Positions 59,674 through 64,000 of a stretch of DNA of 64,000 bases are shown in pieces. The first letter of the stretch is position 1. The number at the start of each line of letters is the position of its first letter. The stretch is from Thermoleophilia bacterium (GTDB lineage: Bacteria; Actinomycetota; Thermoleophilia; Gaiellales; JAICJC01): contig JAICYJ010000001.1 of assembly GCA_025934255.1 (NCBI GenBank), positions 44,425 through 108,424 on the forward strand, written 5' to 3'. The notes beneath the pieces were generated by a model. It worked only from the letters and a program-made list of their open reading frames with translations. It was not told the origin of the DNA and made no database searches. The position numbers and the translations under genes are program-made.

Positions 59674-60669
59674 TCAGTGGCGGTGGTAGCCGTCGCTCTT
59701 GAACCAGGCGATGGTGTCGGCCAGCGTCTCGTCCAGCGGCCGGGTGCCGTATCCGAGCTCGGTGCGCGCCTTCTGCGACGTGTAGAACCACCAGTACGCG
59801 CTGGAGCGCAGCTCGTTGTCGTCCAGCGGCACCAGCGGCAGCCGCAGCGCCCGCGACACCCGCAGGAACGGCGTGAGCGCGCCCACCGGCAGCTTGTAGG
59901 TCGCCCGCCTGCGGCCGGAGACGGTGCCGACGCGCTCGAAGAACTCGGGGTAGGGGAGGTTGCCCTCGTCGTTGGAGAGGATGTACCGCTCGCCGGATCC
60001 GCCCCGCTGCTCTGCCAGCAGCATGCCGGCCACCACGTCGCGCACATCCACGTAGGACAGGCCGCCCCGCACGGTGAACCGCAGCAGGCCTCGCAGGTAC
60101 TCCTCGATCGGCCACGACGAGACGCGGTGCACGTCGCCCGGCCCGATCAGGAACCCCGGGTTGACGACCACGACGTCGAGGCCGTCGGCGGCGGCCTGCA
60201 GCGCGTGCTGCTCACCCAGCGCCTTGGCGCGCGCGTAGCGGAAGTCGGGGCGCCCGTCGTCGCCGTCCAGCAGCCAGTGGGCCTCGCTGCGGGGGTGCTC
60301 GGGCGTCGATGCGGGGCCCATCGCACCCACGCTGGACGCAAACACGACCCGCTCGACGGCGGCCGCTGCCGCCGCGTCCAGCAGGTTCTTGACGCCCACC
60401 ACGTTGACCTGCTCCAGCCGCAGGTCGTCGGAGGCGCGGTGGCCGACCACGCCGGCCAGGTGGAACACGTGGCTGACGCCCTCCAGCGCCGGCGCCAGCG
60501 TCTCCGGGTGGGTGACGTCGGCAAGCACCGTCATGGCGCCGGTGCCGGACAGCCGCTGCTCGGAGTCCCAGGTGCGCACCATCGCGCGCACGTCGCGGCC
60601 CTGGGCGCGCAGCTGCCGCACCATCTCCACGCCGATGTAGCCGGCGGCGCCGGTGACGAGGGTCAGCAT
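59674..60669 (-). CDS. NAD(P)-dependent epimerase/dehydratase family oxidoreductase (dihydroflavonol-reductase-like)
   Basis: The ATG at 60669 gives MLTLVTGAAGYIGVEMV. Contains YARAKALGE (YxxxK) and VVNPGFLIGPGD. The track extension to 60795 is junk. Confidence 0.85.
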   Translation of the reverse strand: MLTLVTGAAGYIGVEMVRQLRAQGRDVRAMVRTWDSEQRLSGTGAMTVLADVTHPETLAPALEGVSHVFHLAGVVGHRASDDLRLEQVNVVGVKNLLDAAAAAAVERVVFASSVGAMGPASTPEHPRSEAHWLLDGDDGRPDFRYARAKALGEQHALQAAADGLDVVVVNPGFLIGPGDVHRVSSWPIEEYLRGLLRFTVRGGLSYVDVRDVVAGMLLAEQRGGSGERYILSNDEGNLPYPEFFERVGTVSGRRRATYKLPVGALTPFLRVSRALRLPLVPLDDNELRSSAYWWFYTSQKARTELGYGTRPLDETLADTIAWFKSDGYHRH

Positions 60670-60703
60670 CCCGGAAAGCCTACCGGCGGGATAGGTTTCC
60701 CGG

Positions 60704-62041
60704 ATGGGTGAACGCCGCACGGTGGTGGCGCTGGGCCTGATCGTCGGTCTGGTGCTGGCCGACTCGTCGGTCGTGATCCTGGCGCTGCCCGACATCCTCG
60801 ATCATTTCAACGTCTCGATCGACCACGTGGCGTGGGTGCTGACGCTCTTCAACCTGGTGCTGGCCGTGGTCGCGGTGCCGGCCGCCTACCTGTCGCGGCG
60901 GTTCGCGCCGGGGGTCGTCTGCTCGGCCGGGCTGGTGCTGTTCGCAGCGGCCTCGCTGGGCTGCGCGCTGGCCCCCGACTTCACCTGGCTGCTGGTCTCG
61001 CGCGCCGGCCAGGCCGTGGGCGGCGCCGCCGCAGTCTGCGCGGCGCTGGAGCTGCTCTCGACCGTGGCCGGCTCCGAGAGGCGCGCGGTAGGCGTGTGGG
61101 CGGCGGCCGGCGGGCTCGGCGCGGCGGCCGGGCCGGCCGTGGGCGGCGTGCTGACCGACGCGATCAGCTGGCAGGCGATCTTCTTCGTGCAGGTGCCGCT
61201 GGCGCTGGCGGCGCTGGCGCTGATCCCGCATCGCTCCACGAGGCCGGCCCCGGTGACGGCACCGGCCGGCCGCCCGGCGCTGGCGGCGAACGTCTCGCTG
61301 GCGCTGCTGTCGGCGGCGCTGACGGCGGCGCTGTTCCTGGTCGTGCTGCTGCTGATCAACGGCTGGGGCCACACGCCGCTGGCCGCGGCGGCGGTGGTGA
61401 CGGTGATGCCGCTGGCGGCGTTTGCCACCTACCGGTTGGTCCCGGCAAACGTGCCCTCGGCCCGGATCCGGGCGATCTGCGGGGCGATCCTGATCGCCGG
61501 CGGGCTGGCCGCGCTGGCGCTGCTGCCGGCGGCGGCCTGGGGCTGGCTGGTGCCGCCGCAGGTGGCGATCGGCGTCGGCTTCGCGCTGTCGCTGGGCGCG
61601 CTCACGCAGGACGCGCTGGCCGGCCGCTCGCCGCTCGCCATCCACGGCGGCTGGACGCTGGCCACCCGCCACGCCGGGGTCTGCCTCGGGCTGCTGATCC
61701 TGACGCCGATCTTCACCGGCGATCTGGTCGACCAGCAGAACGCCGCCGAGCTGGCCGGCACCCGCCTGATCCTCGACTCCTCGCTCAGCCTCTCCCAGAA
61801 GGTGTCGCTGGGCTCGGCCATCGTCGCCCAGGTCAGCTCGGCCTCGGTCACGCGTCCGCCCAACCTGCAGCCCGCCTTCCAGCATGCGGGACACTCGCCG
61901 GAGGTGCACCGGCTGGAGGCGTCGATCCAGGATCAGATCGAGCGCGCGGTCACGCACGCGTTCAGCAACAGCTTCCTGGTGGCCTCGCTGCTGGCGCTGC
62001 TGGCGGCGCTGCCGCTGATCCGGGGGAAGGTCGAGCTGTGA
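60704..62041 (+). CDS. MFS transporter with an atypical soluble C-terminal extension
   Basis: About 11-12 TM segments. The [11 protein letters not shown] and [15 protein letters not shown] motifs resemble the DHA-type MFS. The last roughly 110 aa are mostly hydrophilic and end in one more TM segment. Confidence 0.8.
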   Translation: MGERRTVVALGLIVGLVLADSSVVILALPDILDHFNVSIDHVAWVLTLFNLVLAVVAVPAAYLSRRFAPGVVCSAGLVLFAAASLGCALAPDFTWLLVSRAGQAVGGAAAVCAALELLSTVAGSERRAVGVWAAAGGLGAAAGPAVGGVLTDAISWQAIFFVQVPLALAALALIPHRSTRPAPVTAPAGRPALAANVSLALLSAALTAALFLVVLLLINGWGHTPLAAAAVVTVMPLAAFATYRLVPANVPSARIRAICGAILIAGGLAALALLPAAAWGWLVPPQVAIGVGFALSLGALTQDALAGRSPLAIHGGWTLATRHAGVCLGLLILTPIFTGDLVDQQNAAELAGTRLILDSSLSLSQKVSLGSAIVAQVSSASVTRPPNLQPAFQHAGHSPEVHRLEASIQDQIERAVTHAFSNSFLVASLLALLAALPLIRGKVEL

Positions 62042-62493
62042 CGTGGCAGAGGGCGTGGCTGCTGGGCGCCGCCGCGATCGCGCTCGCGCTGGTGGGCGTC
62101 TACGCCCTGGCCGGCGGCACCGACTACAAGCCGGACGCCTCGCCCGATCCCTGCGCGCCCTATCGCTGGCCGCACGGCGTCAGCGGCACCACGGCCATCA
62201 CCGAGCAGGTGGGGCTGTCGGCGCTGGCCGGTGCCGCCTGCGACCTCGGCGTCTCCCGCGAGGAGCTGACGCTGGCGTTCGCCGACCAGGGCCGGCTGGA
62301 TGCGTTCGAGAAGAAGCACGGCTTCAGCACGGACCGCGTCAACGAGGCCGCCCGCGCCGGCCTCAACCGCGCCGTCGACGAGGGTGAGCAGGCCGGCGCG
62401 TTCAACTCCGTGGAGGCGTTCCTGCTGCACGCGGCGATCGGGCTGGCCCCGATCGACAAGCTGATCTCCTACGTGCGGCAGTACCTGTCGTAG
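62038..62493 (+). CDS. Membrane-anchored hypothetical protein, translationally coupled to the MFS gene
   Basis: The GTG at 62038 forms a GTGA overlap with the MFS stop. N-terminal TM segment [18 protein letters not shown], followed by a helical domain of about 120 aa containing two Cys. Lies in the same frame as track ORF 60832..62493, whose upstream part is a shadow frame. Confidence 0.5.
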   Translation: MTWQRAWLLGAAAIALALVGVYALAGGTDYKPDASPDPCAPYRWPHGVSGTTAITEQVGLSALAGAACDLGVSREELTLAFADQGRLDAFEKKHGFSTDRVNEAARAGLNRAVDEGEQAGAFNSVEAFLLHAAIGLAPIDKLISYVRQYLS

Positions 62494-62804
62494 CGCCCGC
62501 GCGCCAGCTCCTCGGCCAGCCACATCGAGCCGATCTCCATCGCGCCGGCCTGCAGCATGTTCTCGCGGCTCTCTGGCAGGTCGAGCTCCCTGGCCATCGC
62601 CTCGGCCTTGCTGCGATCGTCGAACTCGAGCACCAGCTCGGTCTCGCTGTGGTCGTCGACGACCCGTAGCAGGGAGTAGCCGATCACGCCGGCGGCGCGC
62701 AGCCTCGGGATGCGCCGCTCGATCGTCAGGCGCCAGTCGTCGATGTCGGATACTCGGCGGCGGATGGTCAGCCGGTAGGCCGTCGGTTGATGGTTTGCGT
62801 CCAT
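62469..62804 (-). CDS. Hypothetical small cytoplasmic protein
   Basis: The ATG at 62804 gives MDANHQPTAYRLTIRRRVSDIDDWRL... The codon usage is coding-like. No motif is recognised. Confidence 0.5.
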   Translation of the reverse strand: MDANHQPTAYRLTIRRRVSDIDDWRLTIERRIPRLRAAGVIGYSLLRVVDDHSETELVLEFDDRSKAEAMARELDLPESRENMLQAGAMEIGSMWLAEELARGRYDRYCRT

Positions 62805-62862
62805 GGGCACTGCCCACAGAGTATCTGCGACCGCGCGCGGCGGTCTGTGCGATCCTCGAGGC

Positions 62863-64000
62863 ATGCGTCGCACCGCGGTTCTGATCTACCTCGCAATCTT
62901 CATCGGCGAGGTGGTGTGGTCGTCGCTGGTGCCGCTGGTGCCGACCTACAGCGACCGGTTCGACCTGTCCAAGCTGGAGGCGGGAGTTCTACTGGCGGCG
63001 GCCAGCCTCACGATCCTGCTGGCGTCGATCCCGGCGACGATGCTGAGCGACCGCTACGGCGCGCGGGCGGTGACGCTGGTGGCGGTGGCCGGGATGGCGA
63101 TGGCCGACGTCGGGCAGGCGCTGGCCGGCCGCTACTGGATGCTGCTGGTGGCGCGCGCGCTGTTCGGGATCGCGTTCGGGGCGCTGTGGGTGGCCGGGGT
63201 AGCGTGGCTGGCCGAGGCGGCCGGTGAGCTGCAGGCGCGGGCGCTGTCGTTGACGATCACGACGGCCGGGCTGGCCGGGATCGTGGGGCCGGCGTTCGCG
63301 GGCGTGCTGGTGCAGCGGTTCGGACTGGCGGCGCCGTTCCTGACCTGTGCGATCGCAACCGCGGCGGTGGTGTCGATGATGGCGCTGTCGTCGTCGGATG
63401 CGGGGCAGCGGCTGGACGGCGTGCCGCCGCTGCTGCAGACGATGCGGGCGGCGATGGGCAGCAGGCTGATCCTGTCCAGCCTGCTGCTGATGACGCTGGG
63501 CGGGTTCGTGGGCGGCGCCACCAACCTGCTGGCGCCGCTGCAGCTGCACCAGAACGGGCTCAGCAGCGCCGCGATCGGGATCGCGTTCTCGGCGGCGGCG
63601 GTGGCGTTCATCGCATCGAGCGGCGTGGTGGCACGGTTCGGGGAGCGGGCGGCGAAGGTGGAGGTGGGGGTGATCGCGACGGTGCTGATGTCGGCGACGC
63701 TGCTGATCGTGGTGGTCAGCACGACGACGCCGGCGGTGCTCAGCTTCCTGCTGCTGCGGGGGCCGATCGCGGCGGTGATGTTCACGATCACGTTCCCGCT
63801 GGGCGTGGTCGGGGCGCGCGCGGCGGGGGTCAGCCTGAGCGCGGTGGCGGCGCTGCTGAACATGGTCTGGGCGGGGTCGGCGCTGGTCGGTCCGATCCTG
63901 GCAGGAGCGATCACGGAGGTCGCGTCGCCCGAGGCCAGCTACCTGGTGGTGATCGTGATGGCGCTGGCCGGCAGCGCCTGGATGGCGACGGCCGGACGCG
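62863..64000 (+). CDS. MFS transporter; the 3' end runs off the right edge of the window
   Basis: Absent from the ORF track because it has no stop in the window. My translation from the ATG at 62863 reads MRRTAVLIYLAIFIGEVVWSSLVPLVPTYSDRF...LSDRYGAR...LVARALFGIAFGALW..., with about 11 TM segments up to position 64000. ORFs 62989..63549(-) and 63132..63914(-) are its shadow frames. Confidence 0.8.
   Translation, partial: MRRTAVLIYLAIFIGEVVWSSLVPLVPTYSDRFDLSKLEAGVLLAAASLTILLASIPATMLSDRYGARAVTLVAVAGMAMADVGQALAGRYWMLLVARALFGIAFGALWVAGVAWLAEAAGELQARALSLTITTAGLAGIVGPAFAGVLVQRFGLAAPFLTCAIATAAVVSMMALSSSDAGQRLDGVPPLLQTMRAAMGSRLILSSLLLMTLGGFVGGATNLLAPLQLHQNGLSSAAIGIAFSAAAVAFIASSGVVARFGERAAKVEVGVIATVLMSATLLIVVVSTTTPAVLSFLLLRGPIAAVMFTITFPLGVVGARAAGVSLSAVAALLNMVWAGSALVGPILAGAITEVASPEASYLVVIVMALAGSAWMATAGR

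Noticed and set aside
1-64000. A search for tRNA, rRNA, tmRNA, CRISPR arrays, transposases, integrases, prophage genes and toxin-antitoxin or defence-system genes
   Set aside because: No intergenic region contains a cloverleaf-like sequence (no GGTTCGA-type T-arm) or regularly spaced direct repeats. Every sizeable ORF is accounted for by metabolic, envelope, regulatory or replication functions. The only selfish elements seen are the two inteins.

Overview
This is a very GC-rich bacterial chromosomal segment. Almost every third codon position is G/C, many gene junctions are 4-nt ATGA/GTGA start-stop overlaps, and the non-coding frames carry many Arg/Pro/Ala-rich shadow ORFs. The tmk-holB-PSP1/ricT synteny, the NarL-type two-component pairs and the near-leaderless TANNNT promoters suggest an actinobacterium-like lineage, but that is inference only. 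I call about 60 protein genes. I saw no rRNA, tRNA, CRISPR array, transposase or phage gene. The only mobile elements are two inteins inside nrdJ.

Content from left to right:
- 1-5154: a surface-glycan operon (GT4, ATP-grasp, PIG-L deacetylase, O-antigen-ligase-like protein, FlgD-Ig protein), interrupted by an alkyltransferase-like (ATL) DNA-repair gene.
- 5202-13529: the most interesting block. Nine co-directional genes run HIT, Sdh/Frd/NadB-like flavoprotein, two-subunit Fe-S fumarase-like hydro-lyase, phosphosulfolactate synthase ComA, CysH, CysC, Sat, then two TauE/SafE permease paralogs that share a promoter. I read this as a self-contained sulfate-to-organosulfonate pathway that matches none of the coenzyme M or sulfolactate routes I know.
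- 13570-18200: a second glycan set (tandem GNAT, epimerase, GT2, large polytopic membrane protein).
- 18234-24620: a PLP decarboxylase, a PilZ protein and two overlapping secreted NHL-propeller genes.
- 24781-36916: DUF1684, RDD and BBE-type oxidase genes, an ABC-2 exporter with a NarL-type two-component system, a COG4705 membrane protein, a metallophosphoesterase, an SDR, and a second two-component system.
- 37038-43604: an orphan solute-binding protein and a tightly coupled CoA-dependent C5-dicarboxylate operon (split MaoC hydratase, acyl-CoA dehydrogenase, CaiB-type transferase, CitE-type lyase, TetR) behind an AT-rich palindromic operator.
- 43698-64000: an HtrA-like protease, the nrdR-nrdJ operon (class II ribonucleotide reductase with two LAGLIDADG inteins sitting on catalytic cysteines), a polysaccharide deacetylase, an epimerase, topA with four C-terminal repeats, tmk-holB-PSP1-aldolase fusion, an epimerase, and two MFS transporters.

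All product calls come from reading the translated ORFs for motifs by eye. No database search was run.
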